Part shown: piece after piece, positions 52,200 to 64,000 of the stretch
Position numbering within the stretch: position 1 is the stretch's first letter
Layout: each line of letters begins with the position of its first letter
Assembly: GCA_964016885.1 (NCBI GenBank)
Contig: OZ024747.1
Location: 26,660,001-26,724,000 of the forward strand
Direction of reading: 5' to 3'
Origin: Eledone cirrhosa
Taxonomy: Eukaryota
Length of the DNA: 64,000 bases
Program-made: the position numbers and the translations under genes
The notes under the pieces: model-generated
The model's database searches: none
What the model saw: the letters and a program-made list of their open reading frames with translations, nothing else
Told to the model about the DNA's origin: nothing

Positions 52200-55100
52200 T
52201 TACAGGCTGAGGTAAAGAGAAGGCCCATTCACACGGGCCATTCTCGCAACTTTCACCCACCTTTCATAAAACTGGCTGGAGTGGAGCACCTCTCTCTCCA
52301 TCCTGATCCTTCTTCCGAAATGGTATCGGAAGAAAAGGACCAGTTGTTGGCCGGAGAGAAAGGTGTCCGACCTCAGCCCTTTCAGACGCGTCCACCATAT
52401 AGCCTCTTTTACCATGGCTATTACACAGAGGAAGACCGCCTCTCCTTCATTTTTGAAGGGGGGGGGGGGGGTTATCGTTACAATGGACTCGGTGGACAAC
52501 CTAATTGGTCCCACCCGTGACAGCAGTTGTTCGACATAGCCCCACAGATCGGCAACGCCCGGGCAGTGCACCAATGCGTGCGCGGCGGTTTCCTCGTCGC
52601 GCACGCATCTGGGACAGATCTTTTTCGAGGGGTCCCTACCCGGGCGCCCGTGTCTGTAGAGCTTATCCCGAACGGGCAGAGACCCTCGGAAGCACTGCCA
52701 GGCCAAGGACTTCTGGAAGTTGTCCGTAGGTCCCGGGCCGAAAGTCCTACCGAATAGACTGGCCAGTTCGTCCTCCTCCATGTCTAGGGTTTCTCCGAGG
52801 GCGTCGTCTCACCCGCTAACCACCAGCCCTCTATAGAATAACGAGGTGGAGTCTCCGTCGATAGCCGGGTCCGCCTGCCAGAGAGCCGTGAGCGCCTGGG
52901 CACACTCGGTGTGCCAGTCGCCCAGTTTTCTCGGTCTTTGCTTCACCCAGGACTGCAGCTCGGTGAGCGAGACGAGCCTCGGGAAGGCTCTCCTCACAAA
53001 CGGGGCCCACACCGGTTGACCGGTGAGGAATACCTGGAGGTGCCTTAGCCTCAATGCGTGTTTACGCATTTTTAGCCACGGCATCCCCAGCCCTCCTTTC
53101 AAAGGGTGTTGACAGCAGATGGATCTCCTCACCAGAGGAGACCTCTTCTTCCAAAGGAAATAAAAGAGGGCGCGCTCTATTTTGGCGAGGATCTCACCCG
53201 GGCAAGGCACGACAGTCAAGCGGTAATAGATGACGGACGCTATGTAAGCGTTCGCCACCTCCGCCCGACCTTTCAGGGATAGTTTGCACTCGGCCCACTT
53301 CTGGGTCAGTGCAAACACCCTATTCGTCACCTCACCCCAGTTTTTCTCCACCTGGAGGTCCGGTCCGAACCAGACCCCAAGCAACTTCACCGGGCCCTCC
53401 GTCCACTGTCCGACGATACCGTCGCACGACATCGCTTTGCCCCTCCACTCGCCGAGTTGCAAAGCGACTGACTTGTCCCGGTTCAGCTTAGCCCCTGTCA
53501 ACCTTTCGTACTCCTCCAGTAAGGTGCCGATTGCCTCGATTTCCGAGGTGGTCGACACCATTACTGTTACGTCATCGGCGTAGGCCGACACCACTTTGCG
53601 CAATCCCGGTTCCAAAGGGATGCCCTGCAACAACTCAAACTTCCGCAGTAGTGGCTCGAGAGCCAATACATACAGAAGGGAGGAGAGAGGGCACCCCTGT
53701 CGGATGGAGCGGGTGATTTCGAACGGCTCCGAAAGGTAGCCGTTCACCTTGACTCTAGAGCAGATGCGGCTGCTGTGCATGGCAGTGATCCAGCCCCTGA
53801 AAACGGGTCCGAACCCAGCCGCCGCTAGCACCGCATCCAGGTAACCATGGTCCACCCTATCGAACGCTTTAGACTGATCTAAATTTATCAGGGCCCCACC
53901 AAAGTCGGGTTCGTTCCCAACCCTCTCTATGATGTATCGCATGAGGTGGAGGTTGTCGTGGATGGACCTGGACGGGATAGCGCATGTCTGCGCATCTCCC
54001 ACCAGGCCCCCCACGACAAGCGCCAACCTCTTCGTTAACACCTTGGCCAAAATCTTTAACTCTGCATTTAGCAGAGTTATGGGCCTAAAATTACTAATGT
54101 CATCCCCCTTGTTCTCGTCCTTCCTCACTAGCGAGACTACGCCCTTGGTCACAGAACAGGGAATTCTCCCGTTCTGTTGCCAGTTGCAGTAGACCGCCTC
54201 GAGGAGATCGGGGAACAAGTCCGGCATATTAATATATAGTTCGTAGGGCAGACCATCGAGTCCTGGAGATTTGCGTTTGCCGCATAGGCTCAGCACGTCC
54301 CCTATTTCAGCAGCTGAGATCGGCCCGTCGCAGGACCTCGCCTCCTTGTCCGAAAGACGCGGCAGACCGTCGAAGTATGCACCGAAATCCACATCTCCAA
54401 CCGGCCCCCCGCCCCTCCCGAACAATTGGGCAAAGTGCCTTTGAAAGGCCTCGCACATTTGCTTAGGTTCAAGGATCACCCGTCCATCTTGGTCTCGCAA
54501 AGACCGGATAGTGGATTTAATCCCACTTTTCGCTTCTGTCACGCGGGCCCAGCTAACAGCTTTGGTCCCCTCGTTTCCCAGAGCACGTATTTTGCTTCGG
54601 ACAACGCAGCCTTCGTGTTTCGCGTCGAAGAACTGGTTCAAGACCGTTCTCGGCGCTTGCACTCTGGCCACGTTGCCGCTTCTCATTGCCTCTTCAACAT
54701 TAACTACCAACTCCCTTTCCTTCCTATTTCTATCTGAGGCTAACTCCTTACTAACTCCTATTGAAACTACTCTAATCTCTCTTTTTAGAAAGCCCCACCA
54801 CCTGTTGTTGACGATGGCACCCGTCAACCGCTCCTTAACTAAGGTTCTAATCCGGTCCCTGTAAGCTCTACTTGCCGGTAAGGACAAGTTGAGCTTCCAG
54901 TAACCGGGCCCCTGCCTATGCGTTCTATCAAGGTGAACTACGCAGGTCACTAACTTGTGGTCTGAATAGCCCACCATGAGCATTTCTGGACAACTTAAAA
55001 AGTCCCTATCCTTAATTCTAACTAAGAACCTATCTAGGTACGATCTAGATTGACCACTGTTATTTGACCAAGTCCAGGTTGGCACAGTCGGAAAATCTAG

Positions 55101-55637
55101 TCGGTATCTATCAGCCAGGTCAAATCGGCCGATTAACCCCTTAAGGCTGTTACACCCCCCTCTATCGGGACATGCCCCTACATAGTCCCAACGTGCATCT
55201 AGGATACCATTCCAGTCCCCCACTAAAAGCAAGGAGCGGGACGTCCCTAGAAAAGTCGCCAGACGATGGAAGAAGTCCGACCGCATTGCCCCGAAAGGGG
55301 CGTATACGGCGATAAGCCTAAAAGCTTCGCCTTCACCATTGCCAAGGTCCAGAACCACGAGTCGACCCTCCGGGTCCAAGTGTACCGTCTGTGTAGCGAG
55401 ACCCAGATGTTTTTGCAGCAGAACGACAACCCCACCCCCACCTCCGGGATGACAGAGAGATGCGTGCATCTCAAAGTCATCAAAGGTGGGGGCTAGCTGT
55501 CGCATGCTGCTGATCCGGGCCTCGCAAATAACCATCACATTTATACATTGTGACCTGAGGTCACTTAGAAGTTTAACTTGCTTCCAAGGTGAGCCCAGGC
55601 CACGCGCATTTAGACAACCTACTCTTAAGACAGCCAT
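52200..55637 (-). pseudogene. LINE ORF2: AP endonuclease, RT, C-terminal Zn finger; one in-frame TGA at 52809-52811
   Basis: LNARGL, VGDWNG, YLDRF, SDHK, SPGLDG, FRPITLLN, LDQSKAFDRV, RQGCPLS, YADDV, CPRC..HALVHC; 52200-52781 is in frame with 52809-55679. Confidence 0.95.
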
Positions 55638-57329
55638 GTTGGTGGCAAAGAAAGAGGGTTCGGGCCGCTCAGTTTCCATGGGGCTGGTGGAGGGGTTATT
55701 GGGTGGGGTGGTGGTTTCAGGAGGACGCGGTAGAGTGGCCTGGTGCAGGGTGGGCCCACGTTTTCAGGGTAAATGTCTTTCAAAGTTTTGAAAATGTCAA
55801 GTGGGATTTTCACCATTTTCAGGTTAGGGAGTCCCATTGCCGTTACAAAATTCGGCCCTTCGGTTTGTATCGAAGGGTTGTTTTCTATTTTTTCAGTTAG
55901 GTTTTTATTGTTTTTGTTTATGTATGTGTAGAGTTTTTGTGTTGTTGTGTTTGTTTTTGCTTGTTGTTCTTGAGTGAGTTTGCGTTTTATTGTCTGTGTT
56001 GTGTTGTCAGGTGGGGTTATTTTTGTTTGTGTGGTGTGTGTACGTTTTTTCTTTTCACTTTTTGGAAGGGAGCCCCCTCGTCTTCCGACGATATGAGCTC
56101 CTCTTCCGTATTGGAGGGGAGGGGTATATCTCCGGGTTGTGTATGAACTGCGTGTGTTTTTGTATTTGTGTTCTGTGGGGTGGGGCTGGGTGGGACCGTG
56201 TTTTGGGTTGTTTTCTTGAGCTGTTGTTGATGTTGTTGTTGTGGTGGTGGTGGTGGTGGTGGTGGTGGTGTTGGTTTTTGTTGTCGTTGTGGTGGTGATG
56301 GTAGTGTATTTTATTGTTTTTGTGATGGTGGTGCTGGTTGTTTTTGTTGTTGTTGTGGTGTTTGTAGCAGTGGTTTTTTTGTTGTTAGTAGAGGGCAGGC
56401 CGTCCTCAGGTGACCTCTGCCAGCGCAGTGATAACATGAGGGTCTCCTGCCTTCCACTGTGATATTTATGAAGGTTCGCCCATCCAGTAGGACTCGGTCG
56501 GGTATTCCGGAGATTCTCTCAGGTGTCATCTGTAAGAGAACCTCCAGACTTTTCCCCCCGAACAGTCCACTGGTGGACTCCCCTGCTGAAATAAGGATGT
56601 CCTTTTCTAGGTCCGTAAATCCTGTTAGGACGGACCAGATGTTAACTTCTGGCGTTGGGCTCCACATTCTTATTCTTTGTGTTCTTCTTCCTTTATATGT
56701 GGGGAAGAAGGTGTATTGTGGTGACACTATAGGTGCCACCGAATATTTTTGTGCCAGCATTTCGTCCTTCATTCGGACCATAATGCTGGCATACAGATTT
56801 CCTCTTTGAATAAAGAGTATGTCCTTTTTAATGTCTTTCAGAAGCAGCTCAATTTGACTTTCTGTCAATTGAGCTGGCTTTCTTGTTGCGTTGGTTATAG
56901 TCCTGTAGGTTACGGTATTCCTATATACCTGTTGACGAACTTCTTCTGGGGAGTTGATCGTAAAAGAACCATCCTCCCCAAAAGATACGTATTTTCTTGC
57001 ATCTAGCAAATTTTGCTTAGCGTTAGTTATATCGATGGGCTTGTATTCAATAGCTTTCCTTACCGTTTGGGCAAAAGAAATTTTGTTGTCTTTGTTGCTT
57101 GTTGTTGTAATGTTGTTGGTTTCATTATTTGTGGTGTTATTTTTTTCTTCAAAATTAAGTTTTTCATTTGAATTAATATTCTTTTTTTTTCATTGGAGAG
57201 GAGGGGCTGTTCAACAGTTTGAATTGTTGTTCCCTCTTTCCCGCTTATTTTTTTGGTAGGCGTGGCGTTCGCTTCCAATATGGCGATATCGTTTTCGACG
57301 ATATCGTTTTCAACGATATCGATAAACAT
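55625..57329 (-). pseudogene. LINE ORF1 with CCHC zinc knuckle, frameshifted
   Basis: VEGRRPSCYHCAGRGHLRTACP in ORF 56311-57009; flanking pieces in other frames. Confidence 0.75.
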
Positions 57330-58417
57330 TTCTGAATTAAATATTTTTCACCCCAAAAGGGGTGAAAATATATTTACCCTACGTCTACAGTCCCAGACTG
57401 GGGGTTAGAGTCAATAATAAAAAAACAATTTAAATAATGCACTCACAAATATTCCAGGTAAAAATTCCAAATCGAAGAGCCGATATGAAAGACGTCTACT
57501 ATCAAAGACAGACAGACAGACAGACTACTGACAGCCAGACTGACAGAATGTCAGACTGACTGACAGACTGACAGACTGACTGACAAGATATGGTAGCATC
57601 TAGGGACATGGTATGACAATCAGTCATACAGACAGACAGATAGACAGACTGACTGACAGGCAGACTGACAGACAGACCGACAGACTGGCAGACAGACTGA
57701 CAGGCAGATTGACAGAATATGGCAGAATCTAGGGACATGATATAAGTGACTGGGGGGGTTAGGTTAGGGGAGCCATGGCCACCCGCAATAATTATATTTT
57801 TCTCCCCAAACTACCAAAATACATGTATCTGTATATCTTTATATGCGCTACAATTTATGTACATGTCATGTAGAGCCAGATGGGAGAGATAGATATAGAT
57901 ATAGAGAGGGGGAGAGTTTGGTGCTAATTGATATAGAAGGGGGTGGAGAGAGTGTTTTGTGGGTTTAATGTAGAAAGGGGGAGAGTTTGGTGGTAATGAA
58001 TTATGAATGTGTGAGAGGATTGATAGAGATAGGTTTCGATAAATATAGAGTGGGGGAAAGTTTGGTAGTGATGGATAGAGTGAGAGGAAATGAGAGAGTG
58101 TGTTGTATGGTAGATATACAGTGGGGGATAATTTGGTGGTAATTGATATAGAGAGGAAGGTTATGAGAGTGTATTGTATATTAGATATAGAGAGGGGGAT
58201 TGGAAGAGAGTTCCGTGTAGTAGATATAGAATTGAAATAGGGTTCCCCACGATTACCCATCCAATTCTCTAACCACTAAGCCAGTCGCATTCACAAAAGA
58301 GGCTTACTCTAAGTACACGCCTGCAAATAGAAAAGGGACAACCAAGAGGGGGCACTTTGCCCACTTAATGTAAGCCCTGTATAGCGAATAAAGAAACCAT
58401 CATTATTATTATTACTA

Positions 58418-58828
58418 GCGCGGTGGATTGGCAAAATTGTTAAAGCGCCGGACAACAAGCTTTTCAGCATAGAGTTACGGCCCTTTACGTTATGAGTTCA
58501 AATCCCACCGAGGTTAGCTTTGCCTTTCATCCTTATGGGGTCGATAAAATAAAGTACCCGTAATGCACTGGGGTAATTGCTGGCCTTGTGCCAAAAGTAG
58601 AAACAATTATAAAGGGCGGGGGATTGGCAGTATCAGTAGAGGATCGGACGCCATGTTTTGCAGTTATTGCCCTTTATGATCTGAGTTCGAATCCCACCGA
58701 GATTAACTTTGCCTTTCATCCTTACGGGGTTGATAAAATAAAGCACCAGTAATGCACTGGGGTCGATTAATCGACTATTTCCTCCCCTTCAAATTGCAGG
58801 CCTTGTGCCTAAATTAGAAACCATTATT
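58418..58828 (+). mobile_element. two tandem tRNA-derived SINEs (58418-58610, 58613-58828)
   Basis: Both align with 13068-13259. Confidence 0.85.
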
Positions 58829-59198
58829 ATTATAAGTACTATTATTGTTTGAATGCTGTTAGTACATTATGGGGTATATGCCGTGAGTAAGACCGACGCC
58901 CCTATGTCTCCTTCAGGAATTAAGTTTTGCAAAGAGGTCATATAATATAGAAATTATTCTCTTTTACATAGTAACAGTCACCTAGTCTTGTGCCATGTGC
59001 CAGTGTGTTAACTAGTATCAATTAAAATGTATTTGCTTTTGATTAGACATAATGTCCTGTTTCAATAGAGAGGAAACGATCATTGGCAATGTCAGCAACT
59101 TGAAGTGACTTTCAATCAAAAAGTACATTCTATTCACAAGAGGTTTGATAATTGCACGAAGATACTTACTGTAATGTGTAAATTACTATTGTGGTCTG

Positions 59199-59620
59199 TG
59201 AAGATGTGGTAGCTTAGTCGTTAATGAGTGCGATTCCCGACGGCGCGTTGAGTCTCGAAGAAGTCACTTTATTTCATTTTGCCCTAGTCCACGCAATTGT
59301 GCCTGTAATTCATGGGGCCAGCCTTGTCATACACTGTCACGTTGAATTTTCGTGAGAACTACGTTAAGAGTACATGTTTTTTGTGGCATGCTCAGACACT
59401 TGCACGTTAATTTCACGAGCAGGTTTGTTCTGTTGATCGAATCAACTGGAACACTCATCGTTCGAATCGAAGAGGTCCAACATACAGACACAATTCATGT
59501 TGTGACATTTTTCCTCGCCAGCCTTGTCATACATTGTGTCAGGCTGAATCTCCCTGAGAAGAACTTGCACGCTAATTTAACGAAAATTTTCCGTTGGCCA
59601 AACAATTGGACTATTCGTCG
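59199..59620 (+). mobile_element. SINE (second family), decayed
   Basis: GCTTAGTCGTTA.., CACTTTATTTCA, GCCTTGTCATAC..GAATCTCCCTGAGAA units. Confidence 0.6.
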
Positions 59621-59673
59621 TCAGAACCGACAGAGAAACAACAACAACAACGACGACGGCGATAATAATAATG

Positions 59674-59889
59674 ATTTCTAGTATAGGCACTAGGCCAGTA
59701 ATTTGGGGGGAGAGGAAAGTCGACTAAATCGACCCCAGTACGTTACTGGTGCTTTACTTTATCGGCCCCTTAAGGATGAAAGGCAAAGTTAACCTCGGCG
59801 AGACTTGAACTCAGACAACAAAGGGCCGTAACTCTATGCTGCAAAGCATGGTGTCCGACTCTCTACCGATACTGCCAATCCACTGCCCT
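59674..59889 (-). mobile_element. tRNA-derived SINE
   Basis: Reverse complement of the 58613 type. Confidence 0.85.
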
Positions 59890-60079
59890 GACGACGATAA
59901 TAATAATAATATTGTTTTTTAACGTGTTCTTCATAGAACGTGTTATTTCTTTGAAGTGGACGCAACTTGGCCGAATGATTAAGAAGTTCATTTCGTAATC
60001 AGATGATCTCGGGTTCGATCTCACTGCGTGGCATCTTAAGCAAGGCGAGTGTCACTTACCATAGCCATTAGCCATGAGG

Positions 60080-60263
60080 CAGACCTGCCAACCTCAAAAA
60101 GCCCAAACGGGGAGTACCATGAAAAAAAAGTGTCCCAAAACGGGGAGAAATGAGGCAAAATGGGAAGATTTTACATAATGAAAGCTGTACCCATTTTCAC
60201 AAAAGAAGACATCTAAAGTGGGTGGGAGATATCCCCGTCGGACGAAGAGAGTTGGCAGGTCTG
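60080..60263. mobile_element. unclassified MITE nested in a SINE
   Basis: 13-bp perfect TIR CAGACCTGCCAAC / GTTGGCAGGTCTG; target duplication unclear (ATGAGG versus ATGGGG). Confidence 0.75.
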
Positions 60264-61246
60264 ATGGGGTATCCAAACTATTTGTGTTAAATTAGGAAGA
60301 CGGAAACTATTTGGAAGCCTGTTGGAATGACTGTGTCTGCAATTTATCATAAAAAGCCAGCTTTGTCATCAACTGTCATGCAAAATCTCTTTGAACATTG
60401 CGTTAAGAATACATATGCCTAGAGAATACCCAGTCGCTTACACTATAAGATGAAAGGTACCTGTAATGAAAATGGCTAGCTTTGTCGCACACTGTGTCAC
60501 GCCAAATCACCCTACGAATTACTTTTAAGGTTAAAAGAACACGTGCCTAGAGAATACATACGTGTGCTTGCTCTATGAGATAAACTTTACCTTAATTCAA
60601 AAGTACACACTTGTGACGCTGAATCTCCCTGGGAATCGTAAAGAATTATTTTTTAAAAAAAGCTAAATATATATATATATATATATTCCTTGACTGAACC
60701 ACAATAAATCTCTCTTTCGTCCACACACCACACTTTTCCCCCTCACAATCTCACTCTTCCTCGTGTCACTAAAATATAATCGACGATATAGTGCATATAT
60801 ATTTGTCACCATGTATGAAAATACACTCTTGGCAGGTGCAATGTATCTGTAAAATACTGTCACTCACGCGTTACTTTCACGGGTAAGCTGTTCCGTTAAT
60901 CAAACAATTAGAATAGTTGTCGTTGAAACTAACATTGGTCATCCTGAGGCTTTAGTAGAAGACACATACCCACCGTCTAACGTAATGGCACTGAACCTGA
61001 AACCACGAGATTGCAAACGGAAGTCCTTACCTACACAGCTATACCTTACGTGTGTGTATAATAATTATGCTTTTCTTGGTTTACATAGAAAGTGTGTTTG
61101 TTCGTATGTCATGTGTATAAATAAATATATTTCTCTCTGTGTGTATTTGTGTGCGTGTGTGTACCAGAGCCGCCGTAACTCAATTTCTGACAGATAGTTA
61201 ACTATGTCTGTCTCTTTTGTTTTATCTGAGATCTGTGATGGGAGGT

Positions 61247-61312
<66 letters not shown>

Positions 61313-62009
61313 GGGAGTATACATGACATATCACATATCGCAGATAAAACAAATGTGTATATATATTACACTCTCTCACACACACATATCTGCAGATTCA
61401 CACACATACACACACATTACTAATATACTTCCCGTCGTCACCCCTACCTTTCCGCCTATTATTATGAGTGTTACTCCATATGACGTCTCATCATAACCCC
61501 CTCGACTTAAGCTCCCATTCCAAACTTACACATCTACTCCATACCATTCTTCAACCTCTCTCTCCTTCTCTTCGCCACACAATACCACGTATTTACATTC
61601 GCATGCCACTGACATCTTAAATCCTATTTCATTAACCACAAGACATTTGCTAACACCAAGTGATCCAATTAAATACAACAGATCACTGTGTATATGTGCA
61701 AATGTGTGTATGCGTGTGTGTGTGTGTAAAAATGTGTTCATATACATGGAAATGTTTACTGATATATATAATCTATACAATATATATATAGATATGTTTA
61801 TCCCGAGTTCAATCGGGGGTAACCACAGTAAGTAAGGTATTCAATACATAACAGAGTATAATGTATATTAAGTATAATGTATATTAAGTATAATGTGTAT
61901 ATATATATATATGTGTGTGTGTTTATTTTTTACCCGGACATCAATTTGTGTTTTGGGAATACATATGTTGATAAAAAAAAATAGACGTATCCAACTGTGT
62001 TGCTACACA

Positions 62010-62185
62010 AAATAAATATACATGTGTCCGGGATAAAATAAATATACATGTGTCCGGGATAAAATAAATATACATGTGTCCGGGATAAAATAAAGTACCA
62101 GTCAAGTACTGTGTCCGGGATAAAATAAAGTACCAGTCAAGTACTGTGTCCGGGATAAAATAAAGTACCAGTCAAGTACTGTGTT
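62010..62185. repeat. 26-bp x3 then 35-bp x3 tandem repeats derived from SINE core
   Basis: AAAATAAATATACATGTGTCCGGGAT and AAAATAAAGTACCAGTCAAGTACTGTGTCCGGGAT. Confidence 0.85.
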
Positions 62186-62250
62186 CGATTTAATCGACTT
62201 CCATCTTTAAAAAAAAATTACTGACGACGATCCTAAATTATAAACCTGGC

Positions 62251-62552
62251 ATTGGCAGTATCGGTAGAGGGTCGGACGCCATGCTTTACAGCAGAGTTAC
62301 GTCCCTTTACGGTCTGAGTTCAAATCCCGCCGAGGTTAACTTTGCTTTTCATCTTTACGGGGTCGATAAAATAAAGTACCAGTAACGTACTGGGATAATT
62401 ACTGGCCTTGTGCCAAAAGTAGAAACAATTATTAACAGGGTGGCAAATTGGCAGAATCGTTAGGGGTTTAGATACGGTGCTTTGCTTTCTGGGTTCAAAT
62501 TCCGCCAAGGACAACTTTACCTTTCATCTTTCTGATGGTCGGTAAAATAAAG
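62251..62552 (+). mobile_element. one full and one partial SINE in tandem
   Basis: Align with 13068-13259. Confidence 0.8.
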
Positions 62553-64000
62553 ATCCAGCCTCTGAAGACGGACCCAAAGCCAGCCGCCCTCATGACTGCC
62601 GCCAGATAACGATGGTCGACTCTATCGAAAGCTTTCGACTGATCTAAATTGATCAAGGACCCACCCGTGCCAGGTTCCCTAGCTACCCTCTCCACGATGT
62701 ATCGCATGAGGTGGAGGTTGTTGTAGATGGATCTGTCTGGAATGGCGGATGTCTGCGCCTCTCCCACCAGACCACCAGCGACAACCTCTTTGCTAGCACC
62801 TTGGCCAAAATCTTGAACTCTGTGTTTAGCAGAGTTATGGGCCTGAAATTATCTATGTTATCCCCCTTGTTCGGATCCTTTCTCAGCAGCGCCACCGCTC
62901 CTCGGCTCACAGAGCTGGGAATTCTCCCGTTCTGTTGCCAGTTGCAGTAGACGTCCGCCAAGAGGCCTCCAAACAAGTCTGGCATCTGTACGTAAAGTTA
63001 GTAGGGCAGACCATCCAAACCAGGCGATTTACCCCTTGTGCAGACAGTCATTGTCTCCCGTACTTCAGCGGCTGTTATCGGCTTTTCGCAACACTCCGCC
63101 TCAGTGGTCGAGAGCCGCTGCCCCCGAACAGCTGAGCGAAGTGTCGCTGAAAAGCTTCACACATTTACCCGGGATCGAATAGCATACGCCCGTCGTGGTC
63201 CACCAAAGGCCGGATCGTGGCTTTGTTGCCGCGACGCGCCTCCGCCACTCGGACCCATTGAACGGCTTTCGTCCCCTCGTGTCTGAGCGCACGCACCCTA
63301 GCTCTGACAACGCAGCCTTCGTGCTTTGCATTGAAGAATTGGTCATGGGGCAATTTCGCCGCAAGCATGCCTTTACTAAGCGCCTCGTCTAATTTTCTAA
63401 TTAGTTCTCCCTCTGCTCTATTGCTAACGCCTTGCTAAACCTAATGGACTCTATTCTAATCGCTCTTTTCAGAGCAAACCACCATTTGTTGTTGACGATG
63501 GCCCCCGTCAACTAGTTCGCTAATCTGGTCTCTGTGGGCCTTGCGCGCTGTTTAGCTTCCAGTAGCCGGGTCCCTGTCTATGAAGCCTATCTAAGTCAAC
63601 CTCACAGATCACGAATTTGTGGTGGTCCGTGTAGTCGACTATTCTGAATTGTGGACAGCCTATGCTAGACCTATCTATTTCCCTACAAAATACCCTATCT
63701 AGATATGATCTGGATGACCCGATGCCGTTTGTCCATGTCCACATTGGCACATTCGAGAAATCCAGACGGTACCTGTCAGACAGTTGAAACCGTCTGAGCA
63801 GGTTTGCGAGGTTTTTACACCCTCCACCTCTATCCACTAATCCCACAGTTCCAGTGTGCATCTAAGATCCCGTTCCAGTCGTCCACTAACACTGAAGACG
63901 TTCCAAGAAAGGTCTCCAGACACCAGAAGAAATCAGGCCGCCCTGCCCCTGTGGGGGAGTAGACGGCCACTAGCCTGAAAGCTTGCCCTTCTCCGCTGGT
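62553..64000 (-). pseudogene. second Tx1/L1-clade ORF2 remnant, frameshifted, runs off window
   Basis: SRSYLDR, QGPGYWKLN, FFNAKHEGCVVR, FRPITLLN, LDQSKAFDRVDH; paralogous to 52200-55637. Confidence 0.92.

Larger units (their letters stand above)
51977..57502 (-). mobile_element. apparently full-length Tx1/L1-clade LINE
   Basis: 5' UTR, ORF1, ORF2, 3' UTR with AATAAA; same GACA/GACT minisatellite on both flanks. Confidence 0.93.

Noticed and set aside
52809-52811. Programmed readthrough of TGA in Tx1 ORF2
   Set aside because: Single copy only; a simple nonsense mutation is more parsimonious

Overview
Eukaryotic, AT-rich, microsatellite-saturated DNA with no recognisable host gene. The SINE families and the density of (TA)n/(CA)n/(GA)n/(GGT)n tracts point to a coleoid cephalopod, probably Octopus (inference). 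Nearly all long ORFs in the track are translated simple repeats. Real coding remnants are all transposon-derived: mariner, an IR-DR Tc1, a nearly intact Tx1/L1-clade LINE plus fragments, RTE, R4/Dong, a CR1-like end, and at least three Penelope-like element (PLE) lineages. Hidden between the microsatellites is a dense set of type I hammerhead ribozymes (HHR): by eye 19 with an intact CUGANGA...GAAA...NUH core plus several variants, from about ten sequence families, mostly within fold-back elements inserted in (TA)n. The standout is an array of apparently identical 310-bp non-coding units at 35811-38219 (5 minus-strand copies head-to-head with about 2.6 plus-strand copies, one HHR per unit). 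It has the hallmarks of a retrozyme and abuts an inverted PLE. Seven unrelated HHR families share a non-canonical U.U juxtaposition at the base of stem II. All coordinates and folds were read by eye; no activity is demonstrated.
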